DNA of 63,867 bases, the filler included, from Octopus bimaculoides (lineage: Eukaryota), in NCBI RefSeq assembly GCF_001194135.2. It is 5 parts of 5 records of this genome, joined end to end, with 100 filler letters (N's around TTAATTAATTAA, not from the genome) between each part and the next. Parts side by side here need not be neighbours in the genome. Positions count along the whole stretch, not along the records: positions 50,706 to 57,907 come from NC_068991.1; positions 58,008 to 62,060 come from NC_068984.1; positions 62,161 to 63,867 come from NW_026352917.1; 2 more parts are not named here. One strand, written 5' to 3'. Shown in pieces: positions 53,578-63,867 of this stretch. The notes under the pieces are model-generated. The model was not told the origin of the DNA and did not search any database. It worked only from the letters and a program-made list of their open reading frames with translations. The translations under genes were made by a program, and so were the position numbers. Position 1 is the stretch's first letter. Every line of letters begins with the position of its first letter.

Positions 53578-53997
53578 ATAGGCGCAGGAGTGGCTGTGTG
53601 GTAAGTAGCCTGCTTACCAACCACATGGTTCCGGGTTCAGTCCCACTGCGTGGCACCTTGGGCAAGTGTCTTCTACTATAGCCTCGGGCCGACCAAAGCC
53701 TTGTGAGTGGATTTGGTAGACGGAAACTGAAAGAAGGCCCTCGTATATATGTATATATATATATATATATGTGTATGTGTGTGTATATGTTTGTAGGTCT
53801 GTGTTTGTCTACCCAACATCGCTTGACAACCGATGCTGGTGTGTTTACGTCCCCGTAACCTAGCGGTTCGGCAAATGACACCGATAGAATAAGCACTAGG
53901 CTTACAGAGAATAGGTCCTGGGGTCGATTTGCTCGACTAAAGGCAGTGCTCCAACAAGGCCTCAGTCAAATGACTGGAACAAATAAAAGAATAAAAG
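53578..53997 (+). mobile_element. Complete bipartite SINE family B (tRNA-like head, internal (TA)n(TG)n, 3' module)
   Basis: Head GGCGCAGGAGTGGCTGTGTGGTAAG...GGGTTCAGTCCC, microsatellite at about 53743-53790, 3' module CGCTTGACAACCGATGCTGG...GTCAAATGACTG ending in an AAAAGA-type tail. Confidence 0.88.
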
Positions 53998-54822
53998 TAT
54001 ATATATATATATATATATATATATCTGTGTGTGGGTGTATATATATGTGTATGTATATATGCATATCTTTATATATATATATATATATATAAAGATATGC
54101 ATATAGATCCTCGTGATTATGCGTTTATTTAAATATGAAAATATACGTGAGCGCGCTTGTACACGCGTGTGTGTGTGTGTAAATCTGAGTTATTGTGTGT
54201 GTGTGTGTGTGTGTGTGTGTATGATTAGTTCGTTTATTTGTGTTGTTGTTTGTTTCTTTTCTTCTTGTTTTTTTGCTTGTCTATTTATATACAATGGCAG
54301 CTGTTTACACTTAAGTTATCAGTCACGTCGGTCAAATACGTTCCTACAATATTTCTCCGAACACAAGTAATTCCCGGCATTGTTTCGTATCTAACCGTTG
54401 CCAAAGCCATTCATCTTGACCATAGCTGGTCAAGAGTGTATTGCATATAAATACTACACCACTTGACCTCGTTTACTAATGTCTGTCGATTGTAACACTT
54501 GCAGCTGGTTGTGCGTGTTTACATGGACTCCGCACGACGACACTTGAAAACACACAACCACACCACCATATCAGACTGAATGTTGGGACTGGTGCGAATG
54601 GATGGGTTGGGTGGTGGGAGGGAGGGATGGATAGATGGATGGATGGATGGATGGATGGATGGATGGTGGATTGCCGTTTCGTTACAGTCACGAAAGATCT
54701 TGAAAGTACGTATGCCCGCATGCATGTATGTATGTATGTATGTAGGTAGGTAGGTAGGTAGGTATGTATGTAGGTAGGTAGGTAGGTCGATTGATGGATG
54801 GATAGATAGATAGATACATACA

Positions 54823-54856
<34 letters not shown>

Positions 54857-54914
54857 CATACATACATACATACCAACATATAACTTCATATACATTCAGA
54901 TAGATAGATACATT

Positions 54915-55222
54915 TCTTTTATTAGCCACACAGGGCTCAACGAAGATGGGACAAATACAATGTAGAGCTTTTCTTTTTGGGAGGGGGAAGGAAGGAAAAA
55001 AAAAAAAAAAAAAAAAAAATNNNNNNNNNNAAGGATCGTAGGAAGGGAAAAAGGGGCAGTTCGATCAAAAGGGATCGAAAAAAAAAGAAAAGGAAAGGCC
55101 GATCAATAGGGATCGTGTATCACACAGTAATGTTCTCGTGTAAAAAGAGGGGAGGACAGTTTAGGTTTAGCCGTGGAAGGAAAAGCCCACGGAAAAGACC
55201 ACGGTAACCTTGGTCACAGATA
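54915..55222 (-). mobile_element. LINE 3' UTR fragment (Tx1-like) inside (GATA)n/(TACA)n
   Basis: On the minus strand it ends ...GCCCTGTGTGGCTAATAAAAAGAAA followed by (TATC)n; partly alignable to the 3' end of the 19620-20470 element. Confidence 0.5.
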
Positions 55223-55289
55223 GATAGATACATACATGCATACATACAAACATACATACATACATACATAGACGGACTGACAGACAGAC

Positions 55290-55345
<56 letters not shown>

Positions 55346-55600
55346 GCATACACGTACACATACATACATACATACATACATACATACATACATAGATAGA
55401 CAGACATAGATAGATACATGCATACTCTGTTGTTGATGTTGAAATTCCAATGAAGGAGCCTTGGATCTAGGTTAGAAACCGGCTCTTTCTCTATTTTGAA
55501 AGAAATCTTGAAATAAAACTGAACAATCACATGCATACATATATGCAAATAGATAGATAGATAGATAGATACATACATACATACATACATACATACATGC

Positions 55601-55649
<49 letters not shown>

Positions 55650-55826
55650 TGTTTCTTTATTAGCCACACAGGGCTCNNNNNNNNNNAAAAAAAAAAAAAA
55701 AAAAGACATCGCAAAACGTTTGGGGTATTTACAAAAATACGAAATAATACAGAAAATTCCCAATAAATGGGGAGGTTATCCGTGGAAACAAAAACCTACG
55801 AAAAGACCACGGTAACCTAGGTCCTT
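55650..55826 (-). mobile_element. Second related 3' UTR fragment with (TATC)n tail
   Basis: Shares TTTATTAGCCACACAGGGCTC and GAAAAGACCACGGTAACC with the previous copy. Confidence 0.5.
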
Positions 55827-56461
55827 AGTGTCACAATTTGTTAAATAAAATTTCTTTTATTTAGATAGATAAATAGATAGATAGGCACGCATATACATTT
55901 ATAGAGACTGACATACAGACAGACAGACAGATAGACAGATAAACAGGCAGACACATAGCCAGGCAGAGAGAGAGAGACAGACACACATATCTATCATTTT
56001 TTTCTTTATCTGACGAAATACGTATGTGTATATATGTGTTAACTCATGAATATGTATGCATGCTTGCATATATAAAACTAATAACATCCGTCTACCTACA
56101 AATCTGGTACTTTCTCCCGTATTTTATCTCTACATATAAACTGCTGTATGTGTTCATGTTAGCGTTATGGGCCTGTGGATATATATTTATGCATGTCTGT
56201 GCCTGGTGCGTTTATTTGTGTATATGAGTGTATATATATATACATAATTATATATATGTATGTATGTATAAGTATGTGGAGGAGTTGTTTTATTCGCATG
56301 TGTCTACTCGTCCAATATGAAATATTGCTGTCCGCTGGTGTCCTTTTGACAATAAATGAGTGACTTATAAATAATTACGCAATACATCATCAATGTTAAT
56401 ATGCGACCTAGATTAAGCTGTAATAAATTAAAACGGTCAGTAGAAATCATTTGAATATATG

Positions 56462-57235
56462 CACTAATCATTCGCCATATCGCGGTTCACCTATCGCGCT
56501 CTCAGCACGTCGCGGATTTTTCTGGCTAATATATGAAAATTTATATCGCGGACCCCTCAGTATATCGCTGATTTTGCTAGTTAATATAACAAAATTTATA
56601 TCACGGACTCCTCAGTATATCGCAGATTTTTCTGGCTAATATAAGAAAATTTATATCGCGGACTCCTCAGCTATCGCGGATTTTTCTGGCTAATATATGA
56701 AAATTTATATCGCGGACTCCTCAGCTATCGCGGATTTTTCTGGCTAATATATGAAAATTTCTATCGCGGAATCCTCGGTATTTCGCGGATTTTTCTGGCT
56801 AATATAAGAAAATTTATATGGCGAACTCCTCAGATATCGTGGATTTTTCTGGCTAATATAAGAAAATTTATATCGCGGAATCTTCAGTATATCGCGGATC
56901 TCTGCTGCCGATAAGTATTTATATATTTCTAGATTTTAATTATTTCTGTGGTAAAATAAACATTTTCACGCCTAGGAATTAATAAATTAATTAATAAAAT
57001 TACAGTACAGTATTGCACTGTATGACACATTAATTAAACTATATTAAAAGAAAATTCGTTGTGTACCGTAGATGAGTAAACAAAGAATCGCACATACTGT
57101 ATGGAAAACGAAACTCGGGAGGCGAATGTGTGGTATTGTTTTGCATTTGTGTATAAAAATTGTGAATTTATTTCAGACCTTACGATGTCGTCCAAACGTT
57201 TTGCAGAAATTTGTCCATTGAACATTTGAATTTTA
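56462..57235. mobile_element. pogo/Tigger-like non-autonomous element with an internal ~55-bp tandem array (7 units)
   Basis: Start CACTAATCATTCGCCATATCGCGGTTCACC resembles pogo-type TIRs. CT(GG/AG)(C/T)TAAT recurs at 56522, 56577, 56632, 56686, 56740, 56795 and 56849. Right TIR not found. Confidence 0.55.
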
Positions 57236-57239
57236 TGGG

Positions 57240-57515
57240 ATCCGTTCTGACGGATTATAAAGAGAGCTGGACCGGTTGACGTAATGTTGCTATGTGCCCT
57301 GAGGTCGATTTTTGTAGTGGACGGATATCACGGGGGCCAAGTCTTGGATATATTTTAAAATTGATGCCAACATCATTTGTACAATACTGATGGGATATTT
57401 TCACACAAATAATGTAGCGCTCCCGGCGGCGTTGGAGAGAATAGAGATTGAGTTTTTTTAGTCGACCCCAATAGTCAATGCCTCTCATACCGTCAATCTT
57501 TCTCGTTATAGTCAA
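57240..57515 (-). mobile_element. CR1/L2-like LINE C-terminal fragment
   Basis: IDYWGRLKKLNLYSLQRRRERYII. Confidence 0.8.
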
Positions 57516-57639
57516 GGTGGGCTAACCGGGTTAAACGTATCAGAGTTAACATGTACACATTGTATAGACATAGACACACAAATGCACGCGTGCGTGTATG
57601 TTAATGTTACAAACATACATACATACATACATACATACA

Positions 57640-57675
<36 letters not shown>

Positions 57676-57677
57676 TG

Positions 57678-57907
57678 TAGAGCGTAGGCGAGAAAGATAT
57701 ACCATAATATACATCTGGAAGATCCTCGAAGGAATTGTCCCAAAATTTGGCATCGAAAGTTACACAAATAAAAGAACTGGACGCCATTGCATAGTGCCAA
57801 GGACTCCAAATTTGCCATCAAGACGTAGGACAAGATACTGCAATAGCCTGGGCTTCAGAGGTTCACAACTCTTCAATATCCTCCCGAAGGGCCTGAGAGA
57901 CCTGCAT
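57678..57907 (+). mobile_element. CR1/L2-like LINE C-terminal fragment, second family, opposite strand
   Basis: ERRRERYTIIYIWKILEGIVPKFGI...NSLGFRGSQLFNILPKGLRDLH. Confidence 0.8.
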
Positions 57908-58007
57908 NNNNNNNNNNNNNNNNNNNNNNNNNNNNNNNNNNNNNNNNNNNNTTAATTAATTAANNNNNNNNNNNNNNNNNNNNNNNNNNNNNNNNNNNNN
58001 NNNNNNN
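57908..58007. other. Artificial scaffold linker
   Basis: Same construct. Confidence 0.9.
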
Positions 58008-58708
58008 ATATATGTATATATATATATATATATAGGCATATGTATGTATTCATGTATGCATGCGCGTGTGTGTATGTATGCATGTACGTATATGTATGTA
58101 TGTATATATATGTACATATGGAAAAGAAACAAAAGCACAAAAGAAAATTCCGTAGTTGGGAAACTCAAGCTTCTCCGGTGACCCAATGGGTCACGAGTAG
58201 TCTAGTATATATATATATATGCATATGTATATATGTGTGTGTGTGTGTGTCTTTGTGTATGTTGTTGCCCACCGTTTGACAACCGGTGTGTTCTCAGTGC
58301 CATAACTTAGCGGTTTCGTAAAAACGACCGATAGAATAAGTAGCAGTCTTAAAAACAATATATAAGTACTGAAGTCGATTAATTCGATTAAAAATTCAAG
58401 GTGGTGCCCCAGCATGGCCGCAGTCTAATGGCCGAAACAAGTAAAAGAAAATAAAGGAATACACTCATAGCCTTCATCAGCAAACGATAGAAAGAGTGAT
58501 GGGCTGAGAGTTTGAGAAGATTTCACTATGATCTCTTGATGTGTAGATTTTAAGTCCACAGAGGCGCTCCCTCCTTCAGGATCAAACACTAATCACTAAA
58601 TTCAGAAGAGGATTATAACATTCCGTGGTGACCCACGGGATGTCTGAGTTAACATATTAACTACTTAACCACCCGCTGTTTAAAGTAATGTGCGTATGTG
58701 CAATTATA

Positions 58709-58749
<41 letters not shown>

Positions 58750-59550
58750 NNNNNNNNNNNNNNNNNNNNNNNNNNNNNNNNNNNNNNNNNNNNNNNNNNN
58801 NNNNNNNNNNNNNNNNNNNNNNNNNNNNNNNNNNNNNNNNNNNNNNNNNNNNNNNNNNNNNNNNNNNNNNNNNNNNNNNNNNNNNNNNNNNNNNNNNNNN
58901 NNNNNNNNNNNNNNNNNNNNNNNNNNNNNNNNNNNNNNNNNNNNNNNNNNNNNNNNNNNNNNNNNNNNNNNNNNNNNNNNNNNNNNNNNNNNNNNNNNNN
59001 NNNNNNNNNNNNNNNNNNNNNNNNNNNNNNNNNNNNNNNNNNNNNNNNNNNNNNNNNNNNNNNNNNNNNNNNNNNNNNNNNNNNNNNNNNNNNNNNNNNN
59101 NNNNNNNNNNNNNNNNNNNNNNNNNNNNNNNNNNNNNNNNNNNNNNNNNNNNNNNNNNNNNNNNNNNNNNNNNNNNNNNNNNNNNNNNNNNNNNNNNNNN
59201 NNNNNNNNNNNNNNNNNNNNNNNNNNNNNNNNNNNNNNNNNNNNNNNNNNNNNNNNNNNNNNNNNNNNNNNNNNNNNNNNNNNNNNNNNNNNNNNNNNNN
59301 NNNNNNNNNNNNNNNNNNNNNNNNNNNNTGTGTGTGTGTGTGTGTGTGTTTGTCCCCCCAACATCGCTTGACAACCGATGCTGGTGTGTTAACGTCCTCG
59401 TAACTTAGCGGTTCGGCGAAAGAGATCGATAGAATAAGTACTAGGCTTACAAAGAATAAGTCCTGGGATCGATTTGCTCTACTAAAGGCGGTGCTCCAGC
59501 ATGGCCACAGTCAAATGACTGAAACAAGTAAAAGAGTAAAAGAGTAAGAG

Positions 59551-59589
<39 letters not shown>

Positions 59590-59746
59590 GTAAGTGTGTA
59601 TGTATGTATGTATATAGATAGATATATACATACATATGCATATATATTGTACATGCATACATTCGTGCATACATGCATATCTACATATATATATGTGCCT
59701 ATGTATGTACGTTTATTTTAATGTTACCACCCATTTTCCACATGTG

Positions 59747-59777
<31 letters not shown>

Positions 59778-60357
59778 GATGTCTGTATGTGTGTATGTAT
59801 GTGTACAAAATAATATCTTTTGTGTAAAGATATATGTACTTATACCTGTATGTATATGTCTATGCACGATTGTGTGTGTGCGTGTGTGTTTGAGTGTGTG
59901 CGCGCGCGCGTGTATGTATGCATAGGTATGTATTTATAAATTAAAAAAATATGATTATTGATATCTTCAAAAATCAGTAGAGCGTCAGACAAAATGCTTT
60001 GTAATAATTAATTACACAGTTCGATGTTGCCTTTCATCTTTCAACAGGTCATTACATGAAGTACCAGTTATATATGGACATATATCAACATAACCGACTC
60101 CACAATTCCTCCGAAACTATGAGGCCCTGTGTCAAATTTAACAAACATTCTTATAGTTTTGTCGTTAGCGTGTCAAACAAAATGTTTTTCAGGATTTCTT
60201 CTGATTCTTTGTGTTCTGATTTCAAATGCCGTCGAGGTTGACTTTGCTTTTTGTCTTTTCGGGATTCGATAAAATAAAGTACCAGTGAAGCACTAGGATC
60301 GATGGAATCGATTAGAAAAATCTCCGAAATTTCAGGCCAGTGCCTATAGTAGAAAGA

Positions 60358-60411
<54 letters not shown>

Positions 60412-60414
<3 letters not shown>

Positions 60415-60578
60415 TGGTTTGATTCAGGTTCGATCTTATTCCTGGTAGGATTTATATGGGTAGCGGATCACTGCCAATAACCTTAGGTTTCCACAAGTTT
60501 TCAGCAGTTTTTCAAGTGCTTAGAACCCTCCTGGTAATCCTTGCTGACCCTAAGAGACAAACTTTCTGTAGAAGCTCT
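60412..60578 (-). mobile_element. R4/Dong-type LINE extreme 3' end (family 3)
   Basis: ELLQKVCLLGSARITRRVLST*, then a short UTR and (TAA)n at 60358-60412. Confidence 0.8.
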
Positions 60579-60950
60579 TACGGCCAAATTTGTGGTATTG
60601 AGCAGAATATTTGCTGTAGACCATCTTTTATACCAAGACAAAGTATTTTATTACTCTTATCATCATCATTATTATTATTAAGACGGCGAGCTTGCAGAAC
60701 CATTAGCATGCCGGACAAAAGTGCTCAACAAGATTTCGTCTGTCTTTACGTTCTGAGTTCCAAATCCGCTGAGGTAGACTTTGCCTTTCATTCATTGAGA
60801 GTCGATAAATTAAGTACCATTTGAGTACTGAGGTCGATGTAATCGACTTACCCCGCCCCTCCAAATTTCAGACCTTGTGTCTTATCAGAAAGGATTATTA
60901 TTATTATTATAATTATTATTATTATTATTATCATTATTATTATTATTATT

Positions 60951-61042
60951 GTTCAGTAGTTTTATTTTTATAACGTGCTTTCACTTCACTACCGAGCGCA
61001 GCTCTGTGTGCCTTGGGTATGTGCTGTGGTTTACTGTGATAC
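60951..61042 (-). mobile_element. Dong family 2 3' UTR only
   Basis: Reverse complement of about 47384-47472, followed by a (TAA)n tail. Confidence 0.85.
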
Positions 61043-62060
61043 CCTTTGCCTTTCATCCTTTCGTGATCGATAAAAAAAAAAATACCAGTTGGACACTAGG
61101 GTCGATGTAATGTGGCGGGCCCCTTTGCCTTTCATCATTTCGGGGTCGATAAAAAATATACCAGTTGGACACTAGGGTTAATATAATGNNNNNNNNNNNN
61201 NNNNNNNNNNNNNNNNNNNNNNNNNNNNNNNNNNNNNNNNNNNNNNNNNNNNNNNNNNNNNNNNNNNNNNNNNNNNNNNNNNNNNNNNNNNNNNNNNNNN
61301 NNNNNNNNNNNNNNNNNNNNNNNNNNNNNNNNNNNNNNNNNNNNNNNNNNNNNNNNNNNNNNNNNNNNNNNNNNNNNNNNNNNNNNNNNNNNNNNNNNNN
61401 NNNNNNNNNNNNNNNNNNNNNNNNNNNNNNNNNNNNNNNNNNNNNNNNNNNNNNNNNNNNNNNNNNNNNNNNNNNNNNNNNNNNNNNNNNNNNNNNNNNN
61501 NNNNNNNNNNNNNNNNNNNNNNNNNNNNNNNNNNNNNNNNNNNNNNNNNNNNNNNNNNNNNNNNNNNNNNNNNNNNNNNNNNNNNNNNNNNNNNNNNNNN
61601 NNNNNNNNNNNNNNNNNNNNNNNNNNNNNNNNNNNNNNNNNNNNNNNNNNNNNNNNNNNNNNNNNNNNNNNNNNNNNNNNNNNNNNNNNNNNNNNNNNNN
61701 NNNNNNNNNNNNNNTGGTGGTGGTGGTGGTGGTGGTGGTGGTAGCTATCTTGCTGATAGTTGTGGTTGTGGTTGTGGTTGTGGTGTTAATGGTGTAGGTG
61801 AACTGGTGATGATTGTTAGTGATGTTGTTGTTACTTTCGCGTGGGGGAGGGGGAGGCTGCTGCTGCTGCTATTGCTGCAACTGCGGCTGTTATTGGTGTT
61901 AGTACTGGTGCTGGTGTTAGTACTGGTGCTGGTGTTACAGCTAGTGATACCAATAACCGTAACGGTATAGTCACTCAGTGACAGTAGTAGTGGTGGTAGT
62001 GGTGGTGGTGGTGGTGGTGGTGGTAGTGGTGGTGGTGGTAGTGGTGGTGGTGGTGGTGGT

Positions 62061-62160
62061 NNNNNNNNNNNNNNNNNNNNNNNNNNNNNNNNNNNNNNNN
62101 NNNNTTAATTAATTAANNNNNNNNNNNNNNNNNNNNNNNNNNNNNNNNNNNNNNNNNNNN
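62061..62160. other. Artificial scaffold linker
   Basis: Same construct. Confidence 0.9.
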
Positions 62161-63421
62161 CTATCCGTGTTATGGCTGTGGACGCCTACACCACAGAAAG
62201 GATTGTTCGTTTAAAAAAAAATGTGCTATAGTTGTCAGAAGCTGGGAAAACAGGAGTTCTCATTGCAGAACAAACCCACGAGGCTCAAACATAAAAAGTT
62301 GTAAGGTGTTTTCTTCGGAAAGTGATTGCGACGGAAGAACAAGGAAATTCCTGCTCGTAAAAATAAATGATGTTGTAGTGACGCTCTAATAGGAGACGAC
62401 TATTATTGTTCACTTTCCGGAAAGCTTATCCACGCATGCGCAGGGACTAGTTCCGGAAGGAACACGGGAAGAGTCTCATGCGCATGNNNNNNNNNNCGCA
62501 TGCGCAGGGACTAGTTCCGGAAGGAACACGGGAAGAGTCTCATGCGCATGCGTGGTCATTCGAGATCCAAGTTTCGCGCCCTTATTCATTCTCTTTCTCG
62601 GCCGGCCGGCCATGAGCCCAGACGTACAAGCAGACTGTCTCCGACATTCCAACTCTGGAGACAGCTCTTTCCAACATTCCAACTCTGGAGCTAGACAAAT
62701 AACCACCAACGTCACTGACGGCGTCTCAGCAACCAAAGGGCGAAGTGCTGCCTATTTCCTCTGTAAATAAATATTGTTGTGTTGATGGTTCAGAATCTAC
62801 GTTCCGTTGTTTCTTCAGAATTTAATGTACGGAAGCGGGTATACACCTAATGGTGTATAACCACTTTCCTACAATGTCAATACCAAATTTCAGTTAAACA
62901 CAGGTAGTAATAGTTCGATTATAAATGCGGATACTTGGAAAAAAACTGGTAAACAGAGATTACGTAAAGCAGCAAAAATAGCGCTTGGTGTAACAGACGA
63001 TAAATTTACATTTCATGGGCTGAACATGTATCGACGTCACATTTCGAGAAGAAACACGCGAAGCAAAATTATTCGTTGTGGATAATACAATCAATCTGTT
63101 TGGCACAGATTGGTTGGAACTATTCGATTTACGGCACCTCTCCTTAAATCTTTATTGCAATAACATAAATGGTTGTCCCCTTAAAAAAAATTTCCGGAAG
63201 GACTGAAGAAAACATTGAAAAAAAAATGTTCCCGCAAATGTTATCAGAGCATTTCGGTCTATGTAGGAAGACGGAAGCCTATTTTTAAAGTGAGTGGAAA
63301 CGTTGTTCTCATATTTAAAGCAAGCAGAAAAGTACTGTTCGCGGCAATTGAAACCGTTAACGAGGAGTTGGACAGACTCGAAAAGAGTAGAATCATTAGA
63401 AAGGTAGATTATTCTGAATGG
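62161..63421 (+). mobile_element. Ty3/gypsy gag-pol remnant (zinc knuckle, protease, start of RT) interrupted by a solo LTR
   Basis: CYGCGRLHHRKDC knuckle; RKFLLVKIND|VNTKFQLNTGS (DTG mutated to NTG); NLFGTDW; EELDRLEKSRIIRKVDYSEW. Confidence 0.85.
62374..62873 (+). mobile_element. Solo LTR
   Basis: TGTAG...CTACA termini, 4-bp TSD ATGT (62370-62373 and 62874-62877), internal AATAAA near 62765. Length is inflated by overlap around the 10-N gap. Confidence 0.85.
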
Positions 63422-63822
63422 TGGGAAGACGGCGACCACGCATTCGGATGACATCACTATCATCGTGTCTGATGAAGGACAGCTACCTTGTGTAGAAAAC
63501 GCCATCAGAAGATACGGAGCGGTGTCAGGAGCTAGAATTAACCAGGACAAGTTGGTCGGCTTGCAACTCGACACCTGGAGGGGCAAGTCGACGCCGCCCA
63601 ATAACGTTGGGAGATGTTGGATGGAAGGTCCTGCTTAGATGCTAGGAGTCTGGTTTGGTCCAGATTTCCAGATGAAGAAGAATTGGAGCGAGGTAACAAG
63701 CAATGTAACTGCCCTTACCCAGACCTGGTCTGGGAGGACGTTATCTTTGATAGGAAGGGCGGAGGTGACGCGGATGTTTATTGCATCCGTTATCACCTAC
63801 CGTCTGACCGTCATGCTCTGAT
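63421..63822 (+). mobile_element. Tx1/L1-clade RT fragment
   Basis: HSDDITIIVSD...YGAVSGARINQDK...LGVWFGPD...WSGRTLSLIGRAEV, i.e. RT domains 5-7 with YADD degenerated to HSDD. Confidence 0.8.
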
Positions 63823-63861
<39 letters not shown>

Positions 63862-63867
63862 CCTGTC

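Noticed and set aside
56517-56900. CRISPR-like array
   Set aside because: Units are contiguous with no unique spacers, no cas genes are present, and the context is eukaryotic.

Overview
Eukaryotic, AT-rich, microsatellite- and retroelement-saturated draft sequence. The repeat landscape looks like an Octopus genome (inference, not a database result). Four 100-bp spacers (44 N + TTAATTAATTAA + 44 N at 22685, 50606, 57908 and 62061) are artificial joins, so the window is five pieces whose order and orientation are not proven. Two host genes are supported, both on the minus strand and both partial. The first is seven phase-compatible GT-AG exons (22413 to 5548) encoding 198 aa from the middle of an Xaa-Pro aminopeptidase (aminopeptidase P, M24B, XPNPEP1/2-like). 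The second is a 163-codon first coding exon (35086 to 34598) that resembles the N-terminus of the mechanotransduction channel NompC/TRPN1 and carries 12 pentapeptide repeats. Almost all other ORFs in the track are microsatellite or N-run artefacts or transposon debris. That debris includes several modular tRNA-head SINE families, three R4/Dong-type LINE families at (TAA)n, Tx1-like, HERO-like, CR1-like and Penelope-like fragments, a near full-length Tc1, pogo/hAT/piggyBac-type MITEs, a Ty3/gypsy remnant split by a solo LTR, and a 5S rRNA pseudogene. The main unexplained structure is a decayed inverted duplication of about 4 kb at 117-4120. Two SINE-like/Dong fusion junctions and several stand-alone hairpins also merit a look. 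I found no convincing new multi-gene system.
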